Below, piece by piece: positions 8,725-18,794 of a stretch of DNA of 64,000 bases. Source of the DNA: Candidatus Sumerlaeia bacterium. GTDB lineage: Bacteria > Sumerlaeota > Sumerlaeia > SLMS01 > JAHLLQ01. How positions within the stretch are numbered: the first letter of the stretch is position 1; each line of letters begins with the position of its first letter. The stretch spans positions 26,378 through 90,377 of the forward strand of contig JANQSL010000171.1 in the NCBI GenBank assembly GCA_028284075.1. The letters run 5' to 3'. The notes below the pieces were generated by a model. That model saw only the letters and a program-made list of their open reading frames with translations. It ran no database searches and had not been told where the DNA came from. Made by a program: the position numbers and the translations under genes.

Positions 8725-11685
8725 CTAGCCGTTTCCTGCGACGATCAGGCGGACGCCTTTCGGTCCGACGACCCTGCCAGGAGGTTCTTTTTCAAGAAAA
8801 AGCCGCAGTGTCGGTGTCTCCTCTTCAGTTGTAAACGTGGCTGACGCATTGCCCCACAGTGTGCGAATTCCTGAGAAGCCACATCCAATCCGGTACCACT
8901 CCATGGGAATTCCGGCTCCAACGACCAGTGAGTCGTCGAGTTCATAAACAAACATATCAGCAATCGCGTGAATGAGCCCCGATCCGATCCATGTGTGCGG
9001 CATGTCGCCGATATAGTTCGGTGATCGATAGCCCGGATGGGTAACCTCTCCCATGTGGTTCCAGCCTGCAGGCCGTACGGCATCGTCCAGAAAGTACTCC
9101 AGCAAGGCCATCGCCCGCTCCGGCTGATCGAGCCGCAGATATGCGGCAACGTTTCGAAGTTCATAGGCGGTGTATGATGAGGGCTTGTCGATACGACGCT
9201 CTTCGCAGCTCCGCCAGTATCGCTCGTACGTTCCTTTAAGGAGTTTTGGTGGAAGTGTTTCCGATTCGTGTCCAATCATCAACGCGATCGATGTGGCACT
9301 CGGATCGGGATCGCCAAGATCCGCTGTTGCAGGAAGAAAAGTCAGGTCCTTTTCCTTAGCCACCATGTTCATGGAGCGAATCATTGCCTGGCGCAGCTCC
9401 GACGCTTCTCTCCGCAGTTCCAGGGCGCGTTCAGGAAGTCCGAGGGCCCTCGCAATTGCCGCTCCGTCTTCAAGGCCGATGATCCCCCACATGTTGTCCC
9501 AGTGGCTGTGTCGCGCGGGGAAGTATCCTTCGTGGCTGTTGGACTCAGGAAGTATGCCCTCAAATTCGGTGCCTGCGTATTCAGTCGTCAAACGCTCGCG
9601 CCTCAACCGCATCATATAATCCAGGGCCCGGTCAACTTTCGGCCACACTGCACCGGCAAGGGCCCAGTCTCCCGTCGCAGCTGCATAGTAACGAACCGCG
9701 TGGGCGAGTTGGCCGAATGAATCGTGTTCTTTCCAGTCGTGGGTGTAGTCGGGCATTTCCCCCGTCGTCGGCTTAAGAATGAACGGCACAAATCCATTAT
9801 CGTGAACATTGTCGGAGAACCATTCGAGATAGTCTCGTACCGGCGTGGTCAGACCGAACCGTACCATCGATGTGCTGCTAATGGAACCGTCACGAATCCA
9901 GGCAAGTTCGTAGTTGCGGCTGCCGGGCTGGATTGCCGGACCGTCCGCGTTCAAGAGGAGATAGGCAAGATTCGAGCGAATCAGATTCTCCCAACGCCTG
10001 TCTGGAACTTCGATTTCCCAGTTTTCCGTTTCTTTTCGCCAGAACACGGTCATGAATGCCTTGGCGTCTTCAAAGAATTCCGATGGATTATCGGGTAACA
10101 GGGAGGTGTCCTTCTCCATCGGGCACGAGAGATACACTGAAGCGGATTCATCGGCCGCCAGCCGGAACTCATAAAGGTAGCCTGCACTGAGTATTCCGTT
10201 TTCAAAATCCGGAGTGTCTGCTTCAGCGTCACGCTGCAGAAGACCAAATGTCGGTATCTCACTCTGCCCCTGCAGGACGGCCTGTTCCGGGGCGGGGCTC
10301 GGAAACAAAACATCTCGATCCTCCACTCGCAGAACACCGCTTTCGTCGAGGGAAGCTGAAGCGACATGAGAAGTTCCCCCGTATTGCCAGGGTGGTGAAA
10401 TCTGCAATGACCGCGTAGCCAGCATCAGGCTGATGCTCCGGGTTTTCGGACCGGAATTAAGGATTGTATAACGCACATGGGAGTTATTGAGCGCGTCCAC
10501 AAGCAACGTTACTTCCAATTCAATATTGTCGCTTGTCCAGGTCACGGAAGGAATGGGGGCCCAGTCCTCGACAAGATGTTGCTCAGTCCGGAAGTCGAAT
10601 GCCGTTTTGAAAGTTCCGTCAATTGTCAGGGCGGGCGTTACCGTAAGGGTTTTGGGAAGCAATTCGACGTTGCCATATTCATCGATCAGAGCCTCTTCAA
10701 ACCTCTGAGGCAGTCCGGCAATTGTCCAGTAAACCTGTTCCTGTGAAAGCCAGCGCGGGAAGGCTCCATCCGGAGATTCTGCTGCCAGGCTTTCAAAGTG
10801 GCGCTGAGGATTCCAGGCAGCGTTGGCGTTGAGGAGGGTTAGTTCGGCAACCTCGGGAATACGAGTCGGATCCAGAAATCTCACAAGGATTTCCCCCACC
10901 TGCTGTGCGTCAAAAAAGATCTCATCGGGGTTGGCGGTTCCGAATGCCTGCCCCACGGAAATCCACTCATCGTTTGGCGTGGCGCGAATCGAAAGACTCC
11001 AGGAGGAACGATCTCCGTCTCCCCACAGCAACGCAACTCCTCCGCTCTCGACTGGTTCCGGCAGTGAAACGACGATTTCCGTTCCACTTGTTTTATTCTC
11101 AGGGCGCCAGAACGTTTCAGAATCGCCGTCCATCAGGTTTTCCGGAGCATGTCCGGGGGCGGAGGTCGTGGCCGAGAAATCGCGCCGATACTCCTCACCA
11201 AGCGGGACCGCTTCGTAGACGGAATATCCCCATCCCGTACCGCGCCGGACTCCCTGTAGCTTGATGTAGCGTCCCGATTTTGGACCAAAATAGATTGTCT
11301 CGGTTCCTCCGCGGCCGTCGCGGCGAATCGCGGCAGTCTGCCAGTTTTCGCCGTCACCGCTGAGCAGGATATCATAATCGCGCCCGTAGGCGGTCTCCCA
11401 GTGGATGCGCAGGCCGACCAGCTCTTCTGTCTCTCCAAGGTCCAGAGTGAGCCATTGTCTGTCGTCAAATTCGCTGGACCATCGGGTGGACATGTTTCCA
11501 TCGACTGCCATCATGGCTCCAAGGGCCTGCTCCTGGGGGTTACTGCTGGTGGCTGTAATTGTGGCAGTCAGCGCTGGTATCGGTATGAGAAGAGCACCTG
11601 ATATCGTGCCGAAGATCTTTGATATCAGCCATCCAGCAGCAATTTGTGGAAGCCTTTTCATTTCTTGATGGGAAATCGGAAGCAT
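8725..11685 (-). CDS. Discoidin (F5/8 type C, CBM32-like) domains plus (alpha/alpha)6 six-hairpin glycosidase-like domain
   Basis: AVDGNMSTRWSS...QWLTLDLG...GYSVYE; second LMDGDSETFW repeat; QPGSRNYELAWIRDG, ESNSHEGY, HWDNMW. Start may be ATG 11661. Confidence 0.8.
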   Translation of the reverse strand: MLPISHQEMKRLPQIAAGWLISKIFGTISGALLIPIPALTATITATSSNPQEQALGAMMAVDGNMSTRWSSEFDDRQWLTLDLGETEELVGLRIHWETAYGRDYDILLSGDGENWQTAAIRRDGRGGTETIYFGPKSGRYIKLQGVRRGTGWGYSVYEAVPLGEEYRRDFSATTSAPGHAPENLMDGDSETFWRPENKTSGTEIVVSLPEPVESGGVALLWGDGDRSSWSLSIRATPNDEWISVGQAFGTANPDEIFFDAQQVGEILVRFLDPTRIPEVAELTLLNANAAWNPQRHFESLAAESPDGAFPRWLSQEQVYWTIAGLPQRFEEALIDEYGNVELLPKTLTVTPALTIDGTFKTAFDFRTEQHLVEDWAPIPSVTWTSDNIELEVTLLVDALNNSHVRYTILNSGPKTRSISLMLATRSLQISPPWQYGGTSHVASASLDESGVLRVEDRDVLFPSPAPEQAVLQGQSEIPTFGLLQRDAEADTPDFENGILSAGYLYEFRLAADESASVYLSCPMEKDTSLLPDNPSEFFEDAKAFMTVFWRKETENWEIEVPDRRWENLIRSNLAYLLLNADGPAIQPGSRNYELAWIRDGSISSTSMVRFGLTTPVRDYLEWFSDNVHDNGFVPFILKPTTGEMPDYTHDWKEHDSFGQLAHAVRYYAAATGDWALAGAVWPKVDRALDYMMRLRRERLTTEYAGTEFEGILPESNSHEGYFPARHSHWDNMWGIIGLEDGAAIARALGLPERALELRREASELRQAMIRSMNMVAKEKDLTFLPATADLGDPDPSATSIALMIGHESETLPPKLLKGTYERYWRSCEERRIDKPSSYTAYELRNVAAYLRLDQPERAMALLEYFLDDAVRPAGWNHMGEVTHPGYRSPNYIGDMPHTWIGSGLIHAIADMFVYELDDSLVVGAGIPMEWYRIGCGFSGIRTLWGNASATFTTEEETPTLRLFLEKEPPGRVVGPKGVRLIVAGNG

Positions 11686-11814
11686 GTCGGAAAACCTTTG
11701 GCTTCAAAAATAAGTCAAACAACAGCAGTAATTCGTGTATTCAAAAGAGGATGGGTCAACAATAAGATTGACGAGATGGGGTGAAATGGTGAACCGCTAC
11801 AACCAGCCTTGTTA

Positions 11815-11828
11815 TGAAAGCGCTTACA
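11815..11828. promoter_or_regulatory. LacI-family operator
   Basis: TGAAAGCGCTTACA, a near-palindrome with central CG, in the divergent intergenic region of an operon that encodes a LacI. Confidence 0.75.
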
Positions 11829-11879
11829 CGGCAGGCTGAAGAGCATCTCAACTTTTCCCAAAGACCGGAGGTAATTCAG

Positions 11880-13082
11880 ATGAAGAGTTCTGTAACGGCG
11901 GGTTTCGGTTTCCTGACCCTTGCGGCCATGGCGATCACGTTGCCGCTGGAAGCCCAAACGACGATCGACAATTTTGAAAGCCATGACTGGGATTATTGGT
12001 TTGGAACCGTTGCAAATCCTCCTGCCAATGCATTCCAGCCGGCAGAGGGGTCTGCGGTGGAATACAGCACCGCCGTCTCTCAAAGTGGCCAGTCTTTGCT
12101 CATCAAGGAGACTTGGAGACGGGCCGGCGCCTGCGTGGATTGTGGAATCTCCGCGGTGAGAGCGGTCCGCAGTAACACTCTTGTTCAGATTCCCGTTGGA
12201 TCTGTTACCGGTGATGTTACTTTCGACGTTTACCTTGATGGGGCCAATTTCGGCGCCAATGATGATGGAGGAGGGATGCCGGTCTCCGTTCCGGGCATGA
12301 AGGTGGAGCTCGGCACGACAGCTGGAAATGCGTCCTCCGCCGAAGAGGCAATGACATACCAGGGTTGGAAAACCTACACTGTGGCTCAGGGTGATATTTC
12401 CGGTGACGTCAATGAGCTTCGGTTCATTTTTGTCATGGACTTTCCATTCGGATCGGCTCAGTCGGATGGCGACTGGTCAATCTACGTGGATGACATGCGA
12501 ATCAATGGTGTGTTGGTTGACGGCTTTGAACGCACACCGGTCTACGGTTCTGAAGTCGAAGCGTCGGGGGTCGGTTTTGAGCAGCCACCGGACCCCGCAC
12601 TGGCTGACCCCTTCTCAGCGACCGACAACGGAATCGGCAGTTCCATGGTTCCCACCCTCGCCGGAGGCCCGACGGCCAACGAGGGAAGTTTTGCCTATGT
12701 GTTGAACTGGAACACGGAAACCGATGGTACAGTGGGTATCACCGCGAATCATTCAAATGACGTTCGGGATGTGTCAGCGGCAGGGAGCATCAGTGTTGAT
12801 GTCTATGTTCCCTCACCGCAGAGTATTCCGACTTTCAGTCTGAATCTGGCCGACTCATCCGGTGGGACGGAGTCGTTTGCCGGCACGGCCGTCTCGTCAA
12901 CCGATGCATGGGAAACCGTCATCTTTAATCTTGCAGGGCTCAGTACTGTCGACCCGGGCGACATTCAGCTCATCAATGTCACTGCCACCAGTGCCGGAAC
13001 CGACGGAACTCTCTACTTTGACAACATGGTTGCCGCGGGAAGCGTCGTCTCAGAAGTGCGTGACTGGCAGGCCTACGAATAA
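11880..13082 (+). CDS. Secreted two-domain CBM-like protein with C-terminal SEVRDWQAYE tail
   Basis: GGAGG RBS; LEA|QTTIDNFE; two beta-sandwich repeats ending IYVDDMRI and LYFDNMVA; no catalytic motif recognised. Confidence 0.75.
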   Translation: MKSSVTAGFGFLTLAAMAITLPLEAQTTIDNFESHDWDYWFGTVANPPANAFQPAEGSAVEYSTAVSQSGQSLLIKETWRRAGACVDCGISAVRAVRSNTLVQIPVGSVTGDVTFDVYLDGANFGANDDGGGMPVSVPGMKVELGTTAGNASSAEEAMTYQGWKTYTVAQGDISGDVNELRFIFVMDFPFGSAQSDGDWSIYVDDMRINGVLVDGFERTPVYGSEVEASGVGFEQPPDPALADPFSATDNGIGSSMVPTLAGGPTANEGSFAYVLNWNTETDGTVGITANHSNDVRDVSAAGSISVDVYVPSPQSIPTFSLNLADSSGGTESFAGTAVSSTDAWETVIFNLAGLSTVDPGDIQLINVTATSAGTDGTLYFDNMVAAGSVVSEVRDWQAYE

Positions 13083-13116
13083 CTGACAAACCGACCGCGG
13101 CGGAAGAGAACAGGCA

Positions 13117-15390
13117 ATGAAGGTAACGGGTGAGTCTGAAAGGAATCGAATGATTTCCAAAGTTCGTTTATTCCTGTTTCTCACCGTTGCCTTTGTTCCC
13201 GGACTTCTTTCGGCCGAGAGTGAAGAAATCACTGTCTGGGCAATGGGGGAGGAGGGTAACCGGATTTCGGTTCTTGCTCAAGCGTTCGAAAGTGAAAACC
13301 CTGGTGTCAGAGTTGTTACTCAGGCCATTCCCTGGAACGGTGCGCATGACAGACTGCTTACTGCAGTGGCAGGAGGACTGACACCGGATGTCGTCCAACT
13401 CGGAACAACCTGGATTCCGGAGTTCGCTGAAATCGATGCATTACTGCCACTCGATTCGTTGATCGGGGAAGGCGAAATCGGTGCAGAGCGTTTCTATCCC
13501 GGATCATGGAAAACGGCCCTTTATGATGACAGGGTCGTTTCCATTCCCTGGTACGTTGACACACGTGTTTACTTCTATCGGTCTGACCTTCTGGAAGATG
13601 CCGGGATCGGAGAGTTTCCCCGCACATGGCAAGGCCTGGAAGAGCTCGGGGAGGCTCTGACACGTGATGTGGATGGAGACGGAACCTTCGACAACCATGC
13701 CTACGATCTGCTTGCCCGCGACTATGGTCTCTCAGTGGCACTGTTCCGACAGGCGGGCGCTTCGATTTTCGGGCCGGATGGAAAAAGCTCTGTTGCATCC
13801 GTCGAAGGCATTGAGAGTTTGAGTTTTTTCCGTTCACTGGTGAGTCGCGGTTATGCACCGGGACCGTCCGGAAGGCAGATTGATCCGATTCAGGACCTGC
13901 GGACGGGGTATGTGGCGAGCTGGATATCAGGTCCGTGGATGGTTGAACTTCTGCGTACCCAGGCGCCTGATCTCAATGGCAAATGGATGGTTGCCGGGAT
14001 GCCGCGGGGGAGGCATGAGTCATCGTTTCTTGGCGGTTGCAATTTGGCGGTCTTCCGAAACTCAACCCGTCCGAATCTGGCACAAAGGTTTGTCGTCTTC
14101 TGTTCCCGACCGGACATTCAGCAATTGTGGTTCTCCGCGACAGGTAATTTGCCTGCGGTGCGCGATGCGTGGAACGCTGAAGAACTTGAGAATGATCCGA
14201 TTTGGCGGGTTTTCAAGAATCAACTCGAATCAGCGGAACCTCCGCCGCCTCTTGTCTCATGGGCCGCAATGGAAAGCGCGATCGAGAATTCCGTTGAAGA
14301 TATGGTGATCAATGAACGCAACCCGGCGGAAACGGCGCGTGAACTGGCTTCAAGACTGGATTCACTTTATCCGAAAGGCCGTCGCGGCAAGGGTAACCTC
14401 TCTGGCCATGGCACGTTGGTGTTGGGAGGGTTCTTCGTCTTTTTTGCGGTGATTGTCGCTTTGTGGGTTCTTGCTCCGGCTCTGCTTGACAGAACATCGA
14501 GCTGGAGACGAGTCGGAGTTTCAGCGATGTTTCTCGCACCGGCAGCACTACACTTGATTGTGTTCATGCTGGTGCCATTGATGATCTCCCTCGCACTCAG
14601 CTTCACGAACTATGACATTTACTCCATTGGCGATTGGAGAACGACATCCTTTGTTGGTTTCGAAAACTACCAAAGGCTTGTCGGAGATGCTCGTTTCTGG
14701 ACGTCGTTTCTCAATACCGTCTATTTCCTTGCTGTGGCGGGGCCATTAACCATTATTGCGGCACTCACGGCAGCGATTATTCTCAATCGAAGGTTTTCAT
14801 CACGGGTTCGGACATTCTTTCGTTCGTCTCTTTTTCTTCCGGTGGTTACTCCTCTTGTCGCGGTGGCGGTTGTATGGAGGTGGCTTCTTGCACCGCAGAG
14901 CGGCCTGATCAATCTCGGACTGGAATGGATCGGCATCGAAGGGCGTGCGTGGCTGACGGATCCGGTTTGGGCAATGCCATCGTTGATTTTGATGGCGGTG
15001 TGGAAAAACGCCGGCTACAGTATGGTGATTTTCCTCGCCGGACTCCAGACGATTCCCCGCACCTTTTATGAGGCGGCTGAGGTCGATGGCGCCGGACCGA
15101 TGCGTCGCTTCGTCAGCATCACTATTCCGCTTTTACGCCCCACTCTCCTCTTCGTCGTTGTCGTGACAACGATAGGTTACATGCAGCTCTTCGCCGAACC
15201 GTATGTCATGACGGCGGGTGGTGGACCGAGCGACCGGACACTATCGATCGTTCTGTATCTTTATCAGGAAGGCTTCAAGTTTTTCAATCTCGGCTATGCT
15301 TCGGCCGTTGCTTACACACTCTGTCTTGTCGTGGCGGTCGTGAGCTTCCTCCAGATGATTCTCGCGGGTTCCCGCGAAGGGAGAATATAA
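13117..15390 (+). CDS. Fused sugar ABC transporter solute-binding protein and MalF-like permease
   Basis: SBP part WAMGEEG...PDVVQLGTTW...IPWYVDTR, in frame with permease FVGFENY...LAGLQTIP..YEAAEVDGA (EAA loop). Start may be 13150. Confidence 0.9.
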   Translation: MKVTGESERNRMISKVRLFLFLTVAFVPGLLSAESEEITVWAMGEEGNRISVLAQAFESENPGVRVVTQAIPWNGAHDRLLTAVAGGLTPDVVQLGTTWIPEFAEIDALLPLDSLIGEGEIGAERFYPGSWKTALYDDRVVSIPWYVDTRVYFYRSDLLEDAGIGEFPRTWQGLEELGEALTRDVDGDGTFDNHAYDLLARDYGLSVALFRQAGASIFGPDGKSSVASVEGIESLSFFRSLVSRGYAPGPSGRQIDPIQDLRTGYVASWISGPWMVELLRTQAPDLNGKWMVAGMPRGRHESSFLGGCNLAVFRNSTRPNLAQRFVVFCSRPDIQQLWFSATGNLPAVRDAWNAEELENDPIWRVFKNQLESAEPPPPLVSWAAMESAIENSVEDMVINERNPAETARELASRLDSLYPKGRRGKGNLSGHGTLVLGGFFVFFAVIVALWVLAPALLDRTSSWRRVGVSAMFLAPAALHLIVFMLVPLMISLALSFTNYDIYSIGDWRTTSFVGFENYQRLVGDARFWTSFLNTVYFLAVAGPLTIIAALTAAIILNRRFSSRVRTFFRSSLFLPVVTPLVAVAVVWRWLLAPQSGLINLGLEWIGIEGRAWLTDPVWAMPSLILMAVWKNAGYSMVIFLAGLQTIPRTFYEAAEVDGAGPMRRFVSITIPLLRPTLLFVVVVTTIGYMQLFAEPYVMTAGGGPSDRTLSIVLYLYQEGFKFFNLGYASAVAYTLCLVVAVVSFLQMILAGSREGRI

Positions 15391-15395
15391 ACGCG

Positions 15396-16301
15396 ATGGC
15401 TGGTGCAGGAATTCGTTTTTCTCCAACGGCTGAGATCGACGGCAGGAAGGGCACTTTACAACAAGTGCCGAGTGCCCGGGGCAGAGGGTTTGTCCGCTCG
15501 ATTCCTGGCCTGCTGTTTCTTCTTCTCGCGGCCGGGGCGGCACTGATCCCTTTTTTGTGGATGATCAGCACCGCTTTCAAGCGGCCGGAAGTCATCTATC
15601 AGATTCCTCCTGTTTGGATTCCAGTCGAGCCGACTCTGCGTCATTTTCAAAACCTTTTCGGACAACTGTCCTTTGCAAGGAACCTCTTCAATTCCACCGT
15701 GGTCACCTTCGGAATCACGGCACTCAGTCTTCTGTTGAACTCAATGGCAGGGTACGCATTCGCCAAACACCGGTTTCCCGGAATGGAGAGATTGTTCGGA
15801 GTCTTTCTGATCACACTGATGGTTCCCGCACAAGTTACGGCGATACCCGTGTTTCTGCTGCTCAAGAAGCTGGGTTTGCTCAATACTCTGGCGGGACTGA
15901 TTATTCCTGCAGCCTCCTCGGTTTTTGGAATTTTTCTCATGCGACAGTTCATGACTTCGATCCCCGATGCACTGATCGAGTCGGGCCGGGTCGACGGTTG
16001 CAGGGAATGGGGCATCTTCTGGTCAATTGTGCTGCCGCAATGCCGCCCCGCGCTTGCGGCACTCGGCATCTTCACATTTCTTGCCGCTTGGTCTGACTTT
16101 TTCTTTCCTTTGATCGTTCTGTTTGATCAGCGAAAGTACACCCTGCCCGTCGCTCTCGCGACACTCAATGGTCAGCACACAACAGACTGGGGAATGTTAA
16201 TGGCCGGTTCACTGGTAGTCATTACTCCCATCGTTCTGCTGTTCATCGCACTTCAACGCAAATTCGTGGAGGGCATCGCTCTCACGGGATTGAAAGGATA
16301 A
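15396..16301 (+). CDS. Carbohydrate ABC transporter permease (MalG-like)
   Basis: PFLWMISTAFK, AGYAFAK, IPDALIESGRVDG (EAA loop), LQRKFVEGI..G.KG. Confidence 0.93.
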   Translation: MAGAGIRFSPTAEIDGRKGTLQQVPSARGRGFVRSIPGLLFLLLAAGAALIPFLWMISTAFKRPEVIYQIPPVWIPVEPTLRHFQNLFGQLSFARNLFNSTVVTFGITALSLLLNSMAGYAFAKHRFPGMERLFGVFLITLMVPAQVTAIPVFLLLKKLGLLNTLAGLIIPAASSVFGIFLMRQFMTSIPDALIESGRVDGCREWGIFWSIVLPQCRPALAALGIFTFLAAWSDFFFPLIVLFDQRKYTLPVALATLNGQHTTDWGMLMAGSLVVITPIVLLFIALQRKFVEGIALTGLKG

Positions 16302-16304
16302 GCA

Positions 16305-18794
16305 ATGCACCGTCATTCTTCAAACGGAGCAAACTCACGACTTTTTGAAACAGAGTACGGTTATTTTGATGTTCGGAATGATTCTTATGTCATCAAGCGC
16401 CCTGACACTCCGCGTCCGTGGGTGAATGTCGTGGCGAACGAACGCTATGGCACGGTAATCAGTCAGGCTGGAGGAGGATTTTCCTGGATCGATCATTCAA
16501 CGCTTTCGGTTCTGACACGCTGGCGTCAGGACCTGGTGCGGGACGACTGGGGAAAGTGGCTGTACATACGCGACGATGAAAGCGGAAATCTTTGGAGTGC
16601 GGCTCCTCAGCCCGTACTTTCCCCATATGATTCCTATGAATGCCGTCACGGGCTTGGTTATAGTGTGTTGTCAGCACGGATTCATGGCATACAGAGCGAA
16701 TGGACAATTGTGGTTCCTCCCGATGCAACATTCGAACTCTGGTATCTCAGGCTCACGAATCTCGATAACAAAGTACGCAACCTGACTGCATGCTCACACT
16801 TTATGTGGAATCTCGGTGCCGCCCCCGACAATCACAGGGAGTTCCATCGGCTCTTTCTTCACAACGACTTCGATAAACAAGCTGGCATTATCCGCGCAAA
16901 CAAGGTTTTGTGGGAAGTTCCCACAGAGAAGCACGGTCATTGGAACACACACTATCCCTATGCGGCTTTCCATGCAGTCTGGAATGAGGCGGGGGAAGCA
17001 CCCGCCACACTCTTCGCATGTGGCGATCACGAGTCATTCACTGGTCGCCATGGGACATGGAAGGCGCCGAGATGGCTGAGTGAGCAAGGTGGGCGGGAAA
17101 CCACCGGATTTGGGCGACACGGCGACGCAATTGCGGCGCTGGCATCCGGCGTTACTCTCGAGCCGGGAGAAACACGGGAGTTGGCATTCGCCCTTGGGGC
17201 TGTTCTCGAGCACGAGCCGGACGTTCAGACGGCGCTCGCTCCCTATCGAACACAGGACAGTCGTCACAGGGTTCTTGAAAGTGTCAGGGTTTTCTGGCAT
17301 GATCGCCGGGAGGGGGTGCAGGTTGAAACGCCTGACGATGCATTCAATCTGCTCGTGAACACCTGGACTCCTTATCAGGCAATGGCGGGAAGGGTTTTTG
17401 GTCGCACCGGCTATTGGCAACAGTCCGGTGCCTACGGTTTCCGCGATCAACTGCAGGACAGCCATGTCTTTCTGCCCTGTGATCCGGAGAGAATGAAATC
17501 AACGCTGCTTCTTCATGCCCATCATCAGTTTGCAAACGGAACTGTCTATCATTGGTGGCACCCTCTTTCCGAAGTGGGTCTGCAAACGGAAATGACCGAC
17601 GATCTTCTGTGGCTTGCTTTCATGACGACCGCCTATCTGAAGGAGACCGGTGACTGGGCCGTTTTGGCGGAAGAAGCTCCGTTTGTTGATTGTCAGAAAC
17701 CGGCTCCGCTCTTCGAACACTGCCGACTTGCAATCACAAAGGTTCTTGAACGCTTTAGTGACCGAGGTCTTCCCCTGATTGGGGCCGGTGACTGGAACGA
17801 TGGCATGAGCGCCTGCGGTCTCTCGTGGAGAGGTGAATCAGTGTGGCTGGGCCACTTTCTCCACGCTGTGCTTGCAGACTGGGTTCGAATTGCCCGTTAC
17901 GAAAACAAGGAGTCGTTGGCGGAGGAGTGGGAGAAGCGGCGGGCGGCTTTACAAGACGCTCTGAATACCGTTGGATGGGATGGTGCCTGGTACTGGCGTG
18001 CTTCGCTGGATGATGGTTCGCTTCTGGGCAGCTCCCGGCGCCGTGAGGGTCGTATTTTTCTCAATGCGCAGACGTGGTCGGTTCTTGCGGGCGTTGCCGA
18101 TGATGATCGTTCAGCTCTTGTCATGGATGCGGTGGAGGAGTATCTCCTGCATGATTTTGGCCCCTCTCTCTTTTCTCCCGCATACCGCAGCCCGGATCCC
18201 CGGATTGGTTATCTGACCCGGTACACTCCCGGCGTGCGGGAAAACGGTGGCGTTTACAGCCATGCCGCAATGTGGGCAATCCAGGCGGCTTGCCGTGTGA
18301 AACGTCCGCAGCTTGCATGGAAAATGTTTTCACGCCTCGCTCCACCGTTTCGTGGAATGAATCCAGAACATTACTGCGTCGAACCGTACGTCATGCCGGG
18401 AAATGTCGATGGGCCGGATTCACCACATTATGGACGTGGCGGATGGTCATGGTACACAGGATCCGCTGCATGGATGCGCCGTATAAGTCTTGAAGCCATT
18501 CTTGGCGTTCAGCCCGGCTGGGATGGTTTGAAAATTGAGCCGTGTTTGCCGCCCCACTGGCCGGAAGCAAGGCTTCACCGGCGGTACCGGGGAGATCTCC
18601 TCGATATCACGATTCGGAATCCCGATCTCTGCGGGTGCGGAGCGGTGCAGATCATCGTTGATGGCGAGGAGCTTGAGCCGGGTCGAAGCATAACTTCTTC
18701 CGGCAGTGGACAAACAAGACGGATTGAAGTCTGCGTGCGTGCCACCGAAGCAACGGCGGTCGGAGCGGGCAGCAACGAAGGGAAAATGTTGTGA
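16305..18794 (+). CDS. GH94 glycoside phosphorylase
   Basis: TPRPWVN, QQSGAYGFRDQLQD, GAGDWNDG (catalytic Asp), RENGGVYSH, GRGGWSWYTGSAAW. Confidence 0.93.
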   Translation: MHRHSSNGANSRLFETEYGYFDVRNDSYVIKRPDTPRPWVNVVANERYGTVISQAGGGFSWIDHSTLSVLTRWRQDLVRDDWGKWLYIRDDESGNLWSAAPQPVLSPYDSYECRHGLGYSVLSARIHGIQSEWTIVVPPDATFELWYLRLTNLDNKVRNLTACSHFMWNLGAAPDNHREFHRLFLHNDFDKQAGIIRANKVLWEVPTEKHGHWNTHYPYAAFHAVWNEAGEAPATLFACGDHESFTGRHGTWKAPRWLSEQGGRETTGFGRHGDAIAALASGVTLEPGETRELAFALGAVLEHEPDVQTALAPYRTQDSRHRVLESVRVFWHDRREGVQVETPDDAFNLLVNTWTPYQAMAGRVFGRTGYWQQSGAYGFRDQLQDSHVFLPCDPERMKSTLLLHAHHQFANGTVYHWWHPLSEVGLQTEMTDDLLWLAFMTTAYLKETGDWAVLAEEAPFVDCQKPAPLFEHCRLAITKVLERFSDRGLPLIGAGDWNDGMSACGLSWRGESVWLGHFLHAVLADWVRIARYENKESLAEEWEKRRAALQDALNTVGWDGAWYWRASLDDGSLLGSSRRREGRIFLNAQTWSVLAGVADDDRSALVMDAVEEYLLHDFGPSLFSPAYRSPDPRIGYLTRYTPGVRENGGVYSHAAMWAIQAACRVKRPQLAWKMFSRLAPPFRGMNPEHYCVEPYVMPGNVDGPDSPHYGRGGWSWYTGSAAWMRRISLEAILGVQPGWDGLKIEPCLPPHWPEARLHRRYRGDLLDITIRNPDLCGCGAVQIIVDGEELEPGRSITSSGSGQTRRIEVCVRATEATAVGAGSNEGKML

